Positions 1-13,981 of a stretch of 64,000 nucleotides of DNA are shown piece after piece. Each line of letters begins with the position of its first letter. Positions within the stretch are counted from its first letter, which is position 1. Origin of the DNA: Bdellovibrionales bacterium (GTDB taxonomy: Bacteria; Bdellovibrionota; Bdellovibrionia; Bdellovibrionales; JAUICD01); assembly GCA_965262715.1 (NCBI GenBank), contig OZ253553.1, positions 2,272,001 through 2,336,000 of the forward strand. The letters are read 5' to 3'. The position numbers and the translations under genes are program-made. The notes under the pieces were generated by a model. The model was given only the letters and a program-made list of their open reading frames with translations. It ran no database searches and was not told the origin of the DNA.

Positions 1-3
1 AAA

Positions 4-861
4 GTGCAATCTTCAAGTTTAAAAGTTTTAGAGGATGATCTTTCTTTTTTTACAGAATACCTTCCTGTAGCATTAGTGAAAAAAGGCTTTAAAAAAAAAT
101 TTCCAGGAGCTTGGCCGGCTATTCAGAGTTTAGAAAATAGTATAGATGAATCCCTCATAATCAGTATGAACTCAAAAGTGGATATCGATAAATTGCCTTA
201 TGGAAAAGTCATTGCTGATTTTGTACAACCTCTTTCTAACTTTCAAAGTGACACATTGTTTTCAAGGATCATGAAAAGAACACAAGAACATATTTTATTG
301 GTACTAATTGCTTCGTTCATTTCTTTATTGATAGGATTTCCTTTAGGTATTATTTCGACAGAACATATTATTTTAGAAAGAATCATACTTAATGTAACAA
401 GCCTTATACAAACTATTCCATCTTTAGCACTGTTATGTTTACTTATTCCTTTCTTCGGTATAGGAGAAGTATCAGCATTAATAGCTCTCATCCTTTATGG
501 CCTTCTACCTATAGTTATTAACACCTTTACAGGCATAAAAAGCATAGACAAAAAATACAATGAGGTGGCTTATGCCTTAGGGCTTTCTTGGTGGGAGTCT
601 CTTATTTATATTAAAATTCCTATCGCTTCTCCTAGTATTTTGGCAGGCATTAAAACCTCTGTTATTATTGGTATTGGAACAGCCACATTATCTGCCTTAA
701 TTGGGGCTGGAGGATACGGTGTGCCTATTATGACGGGTCTTGCCTTAACAGATACATCTAAAATTTTCGAAGGAGCTATTCCTGCCGCTATAATGGCTAT
801 TCTAGCTAATCTCATTTTAGAAAAAGTAAATCAAGTACTCATTCCAAACGGATTGAAGTAG
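4..861 (+). CDS. Osmoprotectant (glycine betaine/choline) ABC transporter permease, probably fused to a substrate-binding domain; likely 5'-truncated by window edge
   Basis: QTIPSLAL, LYGLLPIVINTFTGI, EAA-like loop (EVAYALGLS) and IGAGGYG motifs typical of OpuBB/ProW permeases. Confidence 0.85.
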   Translation: MQSSSLKVLEDDLSFFTEYLPVALVKKGFKKKFPGAWPAIQSLENSIDESLIISMNSKVDIDKLPYGKVIADFVQPLSNFQSDTLFSRIMKRTQEHILLVLIASFISLLIGFPLGIISTEHIILERIILNVTSLIQTIPSLALLCLLIPFFGIGEVSALIALILYGLLPIVINTFTGIKSIDKKYNEVAYALGLSWWESLIYIKIPIASPSILAGIKTSVIIGIGTATLSALIGAGGYGVPIMTGLALTDTSKIFEGAIPAAIMAILANLILEKVNQVLIPNGLK

Positions 862-892
862 CTTCACACACATCAAGGATAGCAAGGCATAT

Positions 893-2053
893 CTAAAAGT
901 TAAGGGCTTGATCTAAATCATTAATGAGGTCTTGAAGGTTTTCAATTCCAACACTCATGCGAATAAAATTATCAGTTATTCCAAAGCTTTGACGTATTTC
1001 TTCTGAAAGATAGGCATGGGTCATGATTCCAGGATGTTCTATCAAAGATTCAACAGCGCCTAAACTCTCTGCTAAGTTAAATATCTTAAGTTTGCTCAAA
1101 AAAGTTTTAGTCTCTTTAAGACCTCCCTTAATATAAAAGCTAATCATTCCTCCAAAACCATACATTTGTTTTTGAGCAAGATCATATTGCGGATGACTTT
1201 TAAGTCCAGGATAAATAACATTTTCTACTTTAGGATGATCTTCTAAAAAATTGGCAACTTTTTGTGCGTTAAAATCATGCGCTTTCATACGAAGACTTAA
1301 TGTTTTTAAAGATCGCAAACACATAAAGCTATCAAAAGGAGAGGCAATAGCTCCAAGAGCGTTTTGTAAGAAATACAAGCTTTCAGCTAAATTCTTATCT
1401 TTTACTGCAATAAATCCGCCGATGACGTCACTATGCCCACCAATATACTTAGATGTAGAATGATAACTAACATCTGCCCCTAATAAAAGAGGTCTTTGAA
1501 AAAAGGGGCTCATAAAAGTATTATCAACTGCTACTAAAACACCTCTTTTCCTAGCTATTTGAGATACCTTTTCTATATCAACAAGTTTCAATGTAGGGTT
1601 GCTGGGAGTTTCTATCCAAACACATTTAGTGTTCTCACAAATAGTATCTTCAAATTTTTGAATATCAGATAAATCTACAAAATCAGCTTGAAGCCCCTGG
1701 TTTTTTACAAATTGATCAATCAGCCTCACTGAGCCACCATAAATATTGTCCATAGATATGATATGATCACCTGTTTTAAAAACATGAAGTAAAGTCGTAA
1801 ACGCGCTGCAACCTGATGCGAACGCAAGGCCATAGTTACCAGATTCTAAATTTGCCAAACATTTTTCATAAGCCGTCCGTGTAGGATTACCACTGCGCGC
1901 ATATTCATAACCCGCATGCTCCCCAGGAGCTTCTTGAACAAAAGTTGTTGCAAGTGTAATAGGAGTGATCACAGCTCCTGTGATTTTATCTGGCTTTTGA
2001 CCAGCATAAATAGCTCTTGTCTCAAAATCCAAGTCTTTAAACTCCATATTCAT
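893..2053 (-). CDS. Cystathionine gamma-lyase/synthase family PLP enzyme
   Basis: YARSGNPTR, ETPSNP, DNTF, HSTSKYIGGHSD (PLP lysine), LAESLGAVESL. Confidence 0.92.
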   Translation of the reverse strand: MNMEFKDLDFETRAIYAGQKPDKITGAVITPITLATTFVQEAPGEHAGYEYARSGNPTRTAYEKCLANLESGNYGLAFASGCSAFTTLLHVFKTGDHIISMDNIYGGSVRLIDQFVKNQGLQADFVDLSDIQKFEDTICENTKCVWIETPSNPTLKLVDIEKVSQIARKRGVLVAVDNTFMSPFFQRPLLLGADVSYHSTSKYIGGHSDVIGGFIAVKDKNLAESLYFLQNALGAIASPFDSFMCLRSLKTLSLRMKAHDFNAQKVANFLEDHPKVENVIYPGLKSHPQYDLAQKQMYGFGGMISFYIKGGLKETKTFLSKLKIFNLAESLGAVESLIEHPGIMTHAYLSEEIRQSFGITDNFIRMSVGIENLQDLINDLDQALNF

Positions 2054-2126
2054 CCTTTAATTAGAACTCATCTCAAAATTAATTCTAATGTCCACGTTTT
2101 CAAAAAACAATTTAACAAACAATCTC

Positions 2127-3524
2127 TCATTTTCCAATACAAAATTCAGCAAAAACTCTATCCATAACTTCATCATTAAATTCTTTTCCTAATAGAGTAA
2201 AAAGGGATTTAAGCCCTATTTGTAACTCCAAAGCAATCAGTTCTAAGCTTTCATCTTTTTCTAAAAGAAAAATGCTTTTTTTAAGATTTTCTTGAAGCAC
2301 CTTTAAACATTCTATCTGTCTTGCCTGCATAATAACAACGGATCTATCTTCAAAAGTGTCTTCTAATATCTGGCCAATGGACCTTTTAATATCTTCTATC
2401 CCTTCTCCTGTTTTATTTGAAATAGCAATGTCTTCTTTAAATAAGCTAGCATTATTTGTAATTAAGTCTTTCTTACTCCTTACCTTAATTACGGAAACTG
2501 AAGGTAACCCTTTTAAAATACGCTGATCTTCCATAAAAAATTTTTTAGAAGAGTTTTCATTTATATCTGTAACAAAAATTAAAAGATCTGCATCTAAAAT
2601 AGCTTTTTCCGCCTTTTGAACACCTATTTTTTCAACGATCCCCTTCGTTTCCCTTAACCCCGCTGTATCTATTAATCGAACAAAACATCCATTTATGATA
2701 ATTTGTTCTTCTATCAAGTCTCTTGTTGTACCTGAAATATATGAAACAATAGATTTGTCTTTTTCTGTTAAACAGTTCAATAAACTAGACTTACCCACAT
2801 TTGGTCTTCCAATAATGGCTATCTGATATCCTTCTTTAAGAATTCTTCCAGCTTTATAACTACAAACCAAAGAATCTATAACCTCTAATATACCTTTTAA
2901 TGTACATAAAACTTCTTTAACATTTAAAGGTTTTATGTCTTCTGTGGTAAAATCGATATTCGCTTCGATAAGCGACAAAACTAATGTGAGATCATCTGCT
3001 ATTTTTTTAAGGTCTTTACTTAATTTCCCTCTTAATTGCTGCAGAGATTGCTGCCTGCTTTTAACAGACTGCGATTCAATCAAACTTAACACGCTTTCTG
3101 CTTGCACAAGATCTATTTTCCCATTGATAAAAGCTCTATATGTGAACTCTCCGGGTTTTGCCAGTCGCGCTCCAACCTCTAATAAAGCGTCTATTATCTC
3201 TTTGACAATAAGAGGGCTGCCATGACAGGATACTTCAATGAGAGTTTCTCCTGTATAAGACCTATCATTCAAAAACACGGTAACTAAAACTTCATCAATC
3301 AATTTATCAACATGCTTCTTAGATTTTACTTTTAATGCACCAAAATAAGCCTTATGTGATTCTAAATCATTTGGTAAAAATCGAGCAATTTTTCTAACAA
3401 TTTCTATGCTGTGAGGGCCACTGATGCGAACAACTGAAATACCTCCTCTACCTTGAGGTGTAGCCAGTGCGCAAATCGTATCGCTATCACCTAACAGATA
3501 GGAGTTTGCCATTATAAATTCCAC
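2127..3524 (-). CDS. mnmE: tRNA modification GTPase MnmE
   Basis: DTICALATPQGRGG, GRPNVGKSS, GTTRD, DTAG, C-terminal FCIGK; conserved position after jag. Confidence 0.97.
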   Translation of the reverse strand: MEFIMANSYLLGDSDTICALATPQGRGGISVVRISGPHSIEIVRKIARFLPNDLESHKAYFGALKVKSKKHVDKLIDEVLVTVFLNDRSYTGETLIEVSCHGSPLIVKEIIDALLEVGARLAKPGEFTYRAFINGKIDLVQAESVLSLIESQSVKSRQQSLQQLRGKLSKDLKKIADDLTLVLSLIEANIDFTTEDIKPLNVKEVLCTLKGILEVIDSLVCSYKAGRILKEGYQIAIIGRPNVGKSSLLNCLTEKDKSIVSYISGTTRDLIEEQIIINGCFVRLIDTAGLRETKGIVEKIGVQKAEKAILDADLLIFVTDINENSSKKFFMEDQRILKGLPSVSVIKVRSKKDLITNNASLFKEDIAISNKTGEGIEDIKRSIGQILEDTFEDRSVVIMQARQIECLKVLQENLKKSIFLLEKDESLELIALELQIGLKSLFTLLGKEFNDEVMDRVFAEFCIGK

Positions 3525-3535
3525 AAAATGAAAGC

Positions 3536-4093
3536 TTACCTGTCCCTTTTTTTGTCACCATAGGATGATCTTGACTTGAAATTAGAATAGCCTGAAGGAA
3601 TAATTTTAATTTTTTTATAATAATCATCTCCAACAGATTGTGTTTTAATGCGAGAATCATTTGATAAGTGTCTATGTACCATGCGGCGCAATCTTGGAGA
3701 CAATGGCTTCAAATAAACACTCTTTTTATTTCTTAAAGCAGCCGCTTTCAACCTGTCTACCATCTGTAAAAGATCTTGATGAGAATTATCACGAAATCCT
3801 TTTGAATCTAACTGTAGAGGAACTTTCTCATCAGGAAATTTATGTTGAAGAGTTTTTTTGATAAAAAACTGAAAGGCATCTAAAAACTGCCCTCCTCTTT
3901 TCTTTAATAAAGCCTCATCTTCTCCCTCAAGTTCTATTAATATAGAATCTTCTTTTTCTTGAAAAATAGTATAAGAAAGATTAAAACGCCCTTTTTTTAT
4001 AACCTCTTTTAATCTTTCTTCAGTAAAATCAATAACCTTTGTATATTTTTTCTTTGCAAATACCTTAGTCAATATATTTGAAAACAAACCCAT
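3536..4093 (-). CDS. jag: Jag/EloR (KhpB)-like KH and R3H RNA-binding protein, short form
   Basis: KH-like GGQFLDAFQF, R3H motif RRMVH; located between yidC and mnmE. Confidence 0.85.
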   Translation of the reverse strand: MGLFSNILTKVFAKKKYTKVIDFTEERLKEVIKKGRFNLSYTIFQEKEDSILIELEGEDEALLKKRGGQFLDAFQFFIKKTLQHKFPDEKVPLQLDSKGFRDNSHQDLLQMVDRLKAAALRNKKSVYLKPLSPRLRRMVHRHLSNDSRIKTQSVGDDYYKKIKIIPSGYSNFKSRSSYGDKKRDR

Positions 4094-4108
4094 TAAGAGC
4101 CTCCTTCT

Positions 4109-5731
4109 TTAGCTTTTCACATCAAGAGGTTTCCGATCCTCTCGCATTAAAATCAATTGCTGAACAATACTAAATAAGCTTCCAACAAAAATATAAAGAG
4201 CAAGCCCACTAGGATAAAAAACCATCAACAGAGAAAAAATCACTGCAACGACAAGAAGCATCTTTTTAACATGAGGCTCAGCAGTGGTTGGTGATACCAT
4301 TTGATGTAAGATCATTGATAATGCCATTAATACCGGGAGTACAAAATAAGGGTCTGGTTCACTTAAATCTGTAATCCAAAGAAAAAATGGGGCTTGATAA
4401 AACTCAATGGCATTTCCAAGCACCTTAAAAAGTGCAAAAAACACTGGAATCTGTAAAAGCATTGGGAGACAACCTCCAATAGGATTGGCTCCATCTTCTT
4501 TCATTAACTGCATTGTTGCTTTATTGAGATTTTCTTTATCATCTTTATGTTTCTCTTTTAATTCTTTGATGCGTGGTTGAAGTTTTTGAAGTTTTTTCAT
4601 AGATCTGTATGACATAATATTAAATGGCAACAAAAGCAATCGAACAAAAAGTGTCATTAAAATAATAGCCACCCCCCAATTCCCAAAATAATGGTAGAAA
4701 AACTTCACTAAGTCCATTATAGGATGAGCTATCCAAGAAAAAAAGCCATAATCTAAGACATCTTTGAGACGAGGATCTGTAGCCATAAGAATCTCTTTTT
4801 GCTTAGGGCCTACAAAAACATCCTGCTTAATAACAAATGATTGAACATTTTTAGGAAACAAATAGGATAACCGAGCAGATGCAACTTTTGAAACACCATT
4901 ATAAATGAGATGAGCTTCTGGAAACACTTCAGAATCATCAATAATTGTCCTTGTAAAATAATGTGTATCTAAGCTTAACAAACCCACTTGATTAAAATGC
5001 TCTTCGATGAGGTTCTCTGTAAGATAATCTCTTTTAGAACTTGTAGTATAGACAACATAATAACTATTTGTGTCATAAATAGGGATAAGAGGAATGCTGT
5101 TTTCTTGTATTTGAATTTTTTCCTTAAAAATTGTTTCAATACCCTGCACACGAGATAAATCTCCAAGAAGCTCAATAGTAAGTGAAATTAAATACTTTTC
5201 TTGATGAACAGTGATTGTTTTTTTTATCTTTATACCATCGGACTGCGCTTGACCTAAAAACACATTTTTTGTACTGCCTTTCTGAACATCAAAAATAAGA
5301 GGTTTATTTTGACCAATTACTCCCGTAGCTAAAAAAGGGGTGCCTAGATCAGAAGGAAAAGAAATTATATTTCCCTCTTTATTTTTATACTTATTAATTA
5401 AAACATTCTTTAATCCAAGACCAAAGTTAGATATATCGAAAGATAAGGTTTCTGATTTAAAACTCAATAAATCCTCTTTTATTTCTAAGTCATCTATATC
5501 ACTTAGCTTTTTACTATTATCTGAGACGCCAACACTGCCTTGATTAAAAAGCTGCTTGTTTTGATCTTCGACTTGAGTGGTTTCTGTTACTTGATTTTGT
5601 CTCTGTCGTTCATAGTAATTAGGATATTTACTACGCATATAACTCTGCCATAAAATCAACATGCCAAAGCAAAGAACAATCACTAAAATCATTTTGGGAT
5701 CCAAAAAAGATGTCTTATTATCCTGACTCAC
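4109..5731 (-). CDS. yidC: Membrane protein insertase YidC
   Basis: GNWGVAIILMTLFVRLLLLP, GGCLPMLLQIPVFFAL, WITDLSEPDP. Confidence 0.97.
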   Translation of the reverse strand: MSQDNKTSFLDPKMILVIVLCFGMLILWQSYMRSKYPNYYERQRQNQVTETTQVEDQNKQLFNQGSVGVSDNSKKLSDIDDLEIKEDLLSFKSETLSFDISNFGLGLKNVLINKYKNKEGNIISFPSDLGTPFLATGVIGQNKPLIFDVQKGSTKNVFLGQAQSDGIKIKKTITVHQEKYLISLTIELLGDLSRVQGIETIFKEKIQIQENSIPLIPIYDTNSYYVVYTTSSKRDYLTENLIEEHFNQVGLLSLDTHYFTRTIIDDSEVFPEAHLIYNGVSKVASARLSYLFPKNVQSFVIKQDVFVGPKQKEILMATDPRLKDVLDYGFFSWIAHPIMDLVKFFYHYFGNWGVAIILMTLFVRLLLLPFNIMSYRSMKKLQKLQPRIKELKEKHKDDKENLNKATMQLMKEDGANPIGGCLPMLLQIPVFFALFKVLGNAIEFYQAPFFLWITDLSEPDPYFVLPVLMALSMILHQMVSPTTAEPHVKKMLLVVAVIFSLLMVFYPSGLALYIFVGSLFSIVQQLILMREDRKPLDVKS

Positions 5732-5988
5732 TTGTTACCTCTTTTATCGATTGATTTTTTGGGATAAGGATCATATCCAAAATCACCAAATGGATGGCAT
5801 CTTATAACTCTTATAACAGAAAAAACAAGGGCTTTAATAAAAGAGTCAACTTTAAATCCTTCCAAAGCATAATCAGAACAAGAAGGAATATAACGACAAC
5901 ATCCTCCCATCCATAGCGAAAAGATAGCCTTATAAGAAATAATAAGAAGGAGTACTAAATTTTTAGCAATTTGCTCTACATATCTCAT
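5728..5988 (-). CDS. yidD: Membrane protein insertion efficiency factor YidD
   Basis: CRYIPSCSDY and RCHPFG..GYDP motifs; position upstream of yidC. Confidence 0.93.
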   Translation of the reverse strand: MRYVEQIAKNLVLLLIISYKAIFSLWMGGCCRYIPSCSDYALEGFKVDSFIKALVFSVIRVIRCHPFGDFGYDPYPKKSIDKRGNK

Positions 5989-6031
5989 AAAATATTAATA
6001 TTTGACAAAAATAAATCTTACTTTTTGAGGA

Positions 6032-6325
6032 TTAATTATTTTTTCTTATTAAGAGTAATCCTTTCTCTAAAGATGCGATCAATTCATTATATTTGATTTT
6101 TTTATAAAAACTTTTATCTTGAGGCTTTAAAATAATATTTATATCCATACATAAATTATTATATTTTTGAAGTTTTTCTCTAAAATATTGTCTATACCAC
6201 CTCTTAAATTTATTTCTCACAACAGCAGTGCCTATATGTCTTGATATAGTCCACCCTAACCTTACCTTTGTTTGATTATTTTTTAGAAAACTTAGACACA
6301 TCCACTTATTAGGATAAACTTTCAT
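6032..6325 (-). CDS. rnpA: Ribonuclease P protein component; true start probably upstream of 6325 (see findings)
   Basis: RLGWTISR..GTAVVRNKFKR motif; position between rpmH and yidD. Confidence 0.88.
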   Translation of the reverse strand: MKVYPNKWMCLSFLKNNQTKVRLGWTISRHIGTAVVRNKFKRWYRQYFREKLQKYNNLCMDINIILKPQDKSFYKKIKYNELIASLEKGLLLIRKNN

Positions 6326-6401
6326 CCCTTTTTGTTTTAAACGTTGAAAATCACTAGAATGTAGTATAAGCGTGTTACCTTTTAATGATTTCCTTGATAA
6401 T

Positions 6402-6551
6402 CTATTTACCGCCTACAGAAACAGACAACATTTTTCTACCCTTAAATCGTCTTCTAGACAAAACTTTTTGGCCATTTCTTGTTGACATTCTCAACCTAAA
6501 GCCATGGACATTTTTTCTATGTCTCCTACTAGGCTGGTATGTTCTTTTCAT
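6402..6551 (-). CDS. rpmH: 50S ribosomal protein L34 (absent from ORF track)
   Basis: Hand translation: [49 protein letters not shown]. Confidence 0.97.
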   Translation of the reverse strand: MKRTYQPSRRHRKNVHGFRLRMSTRNGQKVLSRRRFKGRKMLSVSVGGK

Positions 6552-6711
6552 AATTACCTACACAATTCATAAGCTGTCATCTATTATTTACCAACAATAG
6601 AAGTAAATAAACAACATTTATAATACACTAACAATTTACTCATTTGTCAAGCAATTCACCTAGTGCACCATATCTCTATATAGAACACAATTATAATTTA
6701 CAATATTGAAT

Positions 6712-6770
6712 GGCTTTATTACGTAAATATTAAGCTTAATGATCTAAAATAAGGTTTGTGCAACAAAGCC
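6712..6770. mobile_element. 59-bp IS5/IS903-group-like miniature element with 9-bp target site duplication
   Basis: GGCTTTATTACGTAAA ... TTTGTGCAACAAAGCC imperfect terminal inverted repeats; ATATTGAAT on both sides (6703-6711, 6771-6779). Confidence 0.7.
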
Positions 6771-7074
6771 ATATTGAATCATTCTAAATAACGTAATAAA
6801 CATCTCTCCATTAAAAATAATAAATATTTCAGTTCTATATTTTTTATTTAAGCGATACAAAAAGGCAGTTATAAGTTTTATTATAATAAATTCAATTATT
6901 TATCTTAAAAACACTCTTTTTGATGTACAAAAAAAATAATTATGACTCACAACATTAAATCTTCTCACACTTGGTAAAGTTAAATAATTTATATACTTCT
7001 ACACTCTTTTTATATTTTATCGAGTGTTTCAAAAATCTTTTTAATTCATAGCTAATAAGCAAGGAGTATATATC

Positions 7075-8496
7075 TTGAATAAAGAAGTTTGGAATCAAGT
7101 TAAAAGTAATTTATATGTAAAAAACTACAATAATCCAACATTCAATGCCTTACTAGAGTCTTTAAATCCTGTCGATAAATCTATAGACTCTTCAGAAGCA
7201 CAAATTAAGTTTACAGTCCCTACAAGGTATCATAAAAACTTAATCAAAGATCATATTATTATAGATCAAATAAAAAAAGAGTTATCTAAATTTTACCAAT
7301 CAGGATTTCAACTAGAATTAAAAATAGAAACATTAAAAAAAGAAGAGAAAGTCCCTTCAAAACAATTAAAATTTAATCAAATTGGATTTTTTACAAGTTT
7401 AGAAAAATTAAAAAACAACTCCTTAGAAACACAACAAACCAATAAAGAAACTCTAAAAAAAGAGCCTTTAAGAAACGACTTTACATTCAATACTTTTGTT
7501 GTAGGACCTAATAATGAATTTGCACATGCTGCATCATTTCAAGCTTCAGAAAATCCTGGAGAATTAAAATACAATCCTCTATTTGTTTTTGGCCCTACAG
7601 GACTTGGAAAAACACACCTACTTAACGCTATTGGAAACCACATAAAACAAAAAAAATCTCAAACAAGAGTTGTTTATATTTCAGCAGAAAGCTTTCTTAA
7701 AGAATGTGTTACTGCCTTACGTTATAAAAAAATGGATAGCTTTCAAGAAAAATATCGTGAAAATGCAGATGTTCTTTTAGTGGATGATATTCATACCCTA
7801 GGTAGAGGTACTGTCGCTCAAGAAGAATTTTTTCATGTACTCAATTCATTATTACAGTTAAAAAAACAAATTGTTGTAGCTTGTGATCGAATGCCAAAAG
7901 AATTAAATGGTTTAGAAGACCGTATTCAAACTCGTTTAGAAGGCGGATTAATAGTAAGTATTGAGATACCTGACTTGGAAACAAAAATGGCTATTTTACG
8001 TTATAAATCAGAAGCTATGTCTTTAAATATCTCTAATGAAATTATCCAATATTTAGCAAGCATCTCTAATAGATCTATACGTGAATTAGAAGGAAATCTT
8101 AATAAAGTTAGAATGTTCTCTCAATTACAAGGTTTAAGTATCTCAATTGACATGGTTAAACGTGTCCTCAATCACAATGAAAGCCTAAATACACTAACTA
8201 CTGAAAAGATTCAAAAGATTGTAAGTGATGCTTTTAATATAAAACTTACTGACTTAAAGTCAAAAAATAGGCAAAAGCAAATAGTTACAGCAAGGCAAAT
8301 TGCTATGAAACTTATACAAAAATATCTCAAAAAAACATTAAAAGATATAGGGCGAGCTTTTGGAGGAAAAGATCACTCAACAGTTTTAAATAATATAAAA
8401 AAAATAGATTTTAAGTTATCAAAAGATAGTGAATTAATGAGTATTTTCAATAAGATAGAATCCTCTATCCACAAAATAACACCTATAGAAATGTGA
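7075..8496 (+). CDS. dnaA: Chromosomal replication initiator DnaA (TTG start)
   Basis: YNPLFVFGPTGLGKTHL, LLVDDIH, IRELEG, FGGKDHSTV; AAGGAG ribosome binding site upstream. Confidence 0.99.
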   Translation: MNKEVWNQVKSNLYVKNYNNPTFNALLESLNPVDKSIDSSEAQIKFTVPTRYHKNLIKDHIIIDQIKKELSKFYQSGFQLELKIETLKKEEKVPSKQLKFNQIGFFTSLEKLKNNSLETQQTNKETLKKEPLRNDFTFNTFVVGPNNEFAHAASFQASENPGELKYNPLFVFGPTGLGKTHLLNAIGNHIKQKKSQTRVVYISAESFLKECVTALRYKKMDSFQEKYRENADVLLVDDIHTLGRGTVAQEEFFHVLNSLLQLKKQIVVACDRMPKELNGLEDRIQTRLEGGLIVSIEIPDLETKMAILRYKSEAMSLNISNEIIQYLASISNRSIRELEGNLNKVRMFSQLQGLSISIDMVKRVLNHNESLNTLTTEKIQKIVSDAFNIKLTDLKSKNRQKQIVTARQIAMKLIQKYLKKTLKDIGRAFGGKDHSTVLNNIKKIDFKLSKDSELMSIFNKIESSIHKITPIEM

Positions 8497-8700
8497 TTTC
8501 ATCTAACTATGTGGATAAGTATGAAAATAAAAATGTGGATTATTATAATGTGGATATAAGTTAAGTTATGCAACTACTTAGTTATAAAGTTATAAAATAA
8601 ATAAAGTAAATAATTACAATATTTTATATTAGTTTTGTACAAAATAACATATACCTATTATTACTATTATATATTTATATTTTATATTAATATATATGGA
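8465..8700. promoter_or_regulatory. oriC: DnaA boxes plus AT-rich unwinding element
   Basis: CTATCCACA 8465-8473, perfect TGTGGATAA 8510-8518, TGTGGATTA 8534-8542, TGTGGATAT 8549-8557; AT-rich TAT/TAC triplet tract ~8655-8697; dnaA-dnaN intergenic position. Confidence 0.8.
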
Positions 8701-8708
8701 GAAGTATT

Positions 8709-9842
8709 ATGAATGTAAAGGTCAACCAAGAAGACCTTCTTGGTTTAATTAGTAAAACACAAAATATAGTTGAAAAAAGAACAACTATGCCTATTTTAAG
8801 TCATGTCCTTTTAGAAGCTAAGGATGGATACTTAAAAGTTTATGTTACTGATTTAGAAATTAGTTTAACAAATAAAATAAAAGTAGATATTATTGAAGAT
8901 GGAAAAGTTGTTGTTGATTCTAAAAAATTCTATCAAATTATTAAAGAACTTCAAAACTGTGTTATTACACTAGTCAAAAAAGATGAACAATTACAGATAT
9001 CTTATCTTAAAACATGTATTAATATTATGAGTTTAAAAGTTGAGGAATATCCTACTTTTCCTTTAACTCAATCAAAAAATCCTTTATATATTCAATCAAC
9101 AGTTTTAAAAGAAATGATAGAAAAAACAATTTATAGCATTTCTCATAATGAATCAAGATATCAGTTAAATGGAGTTTATTTTGAACAGTTTAAGGATAAA
9201 TCTAAACTATTTTATAAAATGGTTTCTACAGATGGACATCGTTTAAGTCTGATTACAAGGCTTGTAAATAATAAAGATAATAATTCTAATAAAGATATGA
9301 CAGGTTTTAAAGGGGTTATTATTCCTCGTAAAGGTTTAAATGAGATAAAAAGGCTTTTAGATAAAACTCATGACAAGATAGAGGTTTATATTGAAGGGGT
9401 TCAATTAATAGTTAAACAAGGAGATACTTTTTTACTTATTCGGCTTATTGAAGGATCTTTTCCTCAATATGAGTTATTTATTCCTAAAAAAAGTGATAAG
9501 AAAGTTCAAGTATTAAAGGAAAAATTAATTTCATCTTTAAAATTAGCTTCGATTTTAACAAGTGAAAAATCAAGAAGTGTTAAGTTTTTTTTATCTCAAA
9601 ATAAATTAGAGATCACATCTGAAAACCCAGATTTAGGTAATATAAAAGAAGAGTTAGATGTCTTTTATGATAATAAAAATGATATAACAATTGAATTTAA
9701 TGTTCAGTATTTATTAGACTTTTTAAATTCTTTTGAAGATGAAACTGTCTATATTGGTCTTAATAATAATGAAGAGGGTGGAATTTTTCATCCTTTAAAT
9801 GATAAAGATTATATGTGTGTTATTATGCCTATGAAAATATAA
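8709..9842 (+). CDS. dnaN: DNA polymerase III beta clamp
   Basis: TMPILSHVLL, TDLEI, STDGHRL, C-terminal IMPMKI. Confidence 0.98.
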   Translation: MNVKVNQEDLLGLISKTQNIVEKRTTMPILSHVLLEAKDGYLKVYVTDLEISLTNKIKVDIIEDGKVVVDSKKFYQIIKELQNCVITLVKKDEQLQISYLKTCINIMSLKVEEYPTFPLTQSKNPLYIQSTVLKEMIEKTIYSISHNESRYQLNGVYFEQFKDKSKLFYKMVSTDGHRLSLITRLVNNKDNNSNKDMTGFKGVIIPRKGLNEIKRLLDKTHDKIEVYIEGVQLIVKQGDTFLLIRLIEGSFPQYELFIPKKSDKKVQVLKEKLISSLKLASILTSEKSRSVKFFLSQNKLEITSENPDLGNIKEELDVFYDNKNDITIEFNVQYLLDFLNSFEDETVYIGLNNNEEGGIFHPLNDKDYMCVIMPMKI

Positions 9843-9846
9843 ATGA

Positions 9847-13411
<3,565 letters not shown>

Positions 13412-13467
13412 AAAATCTGGCGATATAGTTGAAGATTACAGTAATAAAAATTGATTATTACAGACTT

Positions 13468-13674
13468 AACTTCGTTGCACAAATATGTCTAAGAGAATCA
13501 AGTCAGGCTTTATGAAATAGGTTCTAGGCAACCCCCGTGCCCTGTACTATTTTGGCTTTATGATTTCACTATAGAATAAGATGTTTTATATAAACGTTAT
13601 CTCCTGAGGCACTGGCCTAAACCTTTATTTCATAAAGCCTGACTTAATTCTTATATATGTCTATGTAATAAATT
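13468..13674. mobile_element. IS903-group-like MITE with long internal hairpin; right end degenerate
   Basis: Left end AACTTCGTTGCACAAA; 25/26-bp inverted repeat at 13494-13519 / 13626-13651; homologous to 32062-32304. Confidence 0.6.
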
Positions 13675-13981
13675 TTTATTTTCAATGATTGTAAAATTTA
13701 CCCATCCCCAACTTTCATAATTACTAAATCAAATTGGAGCTTTTTATAATAAGTCTCTAGTCAGTAGAGGTCAAATAGCACACTTTGGTTTCCGGTACTG
13801 TGTGCTCAAAAACAGCCAAAGATTTACTTCAAGAGGTTGGTTTATTTTGAGTGAGACAATATGTAGTGTGTCTTGAACAATCTAAGATATTGAAATTATT
13901 GGATGATGCATGCGCAATTTGATTTTATGACTTTTTAGGTATAATATAATATATATAATAATTTCATAAGGTAAGGAAATA

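Noticed and set aside
6385..6600. 71-aa plus-strand ORF
   Set aside because: Antisense to rpmH
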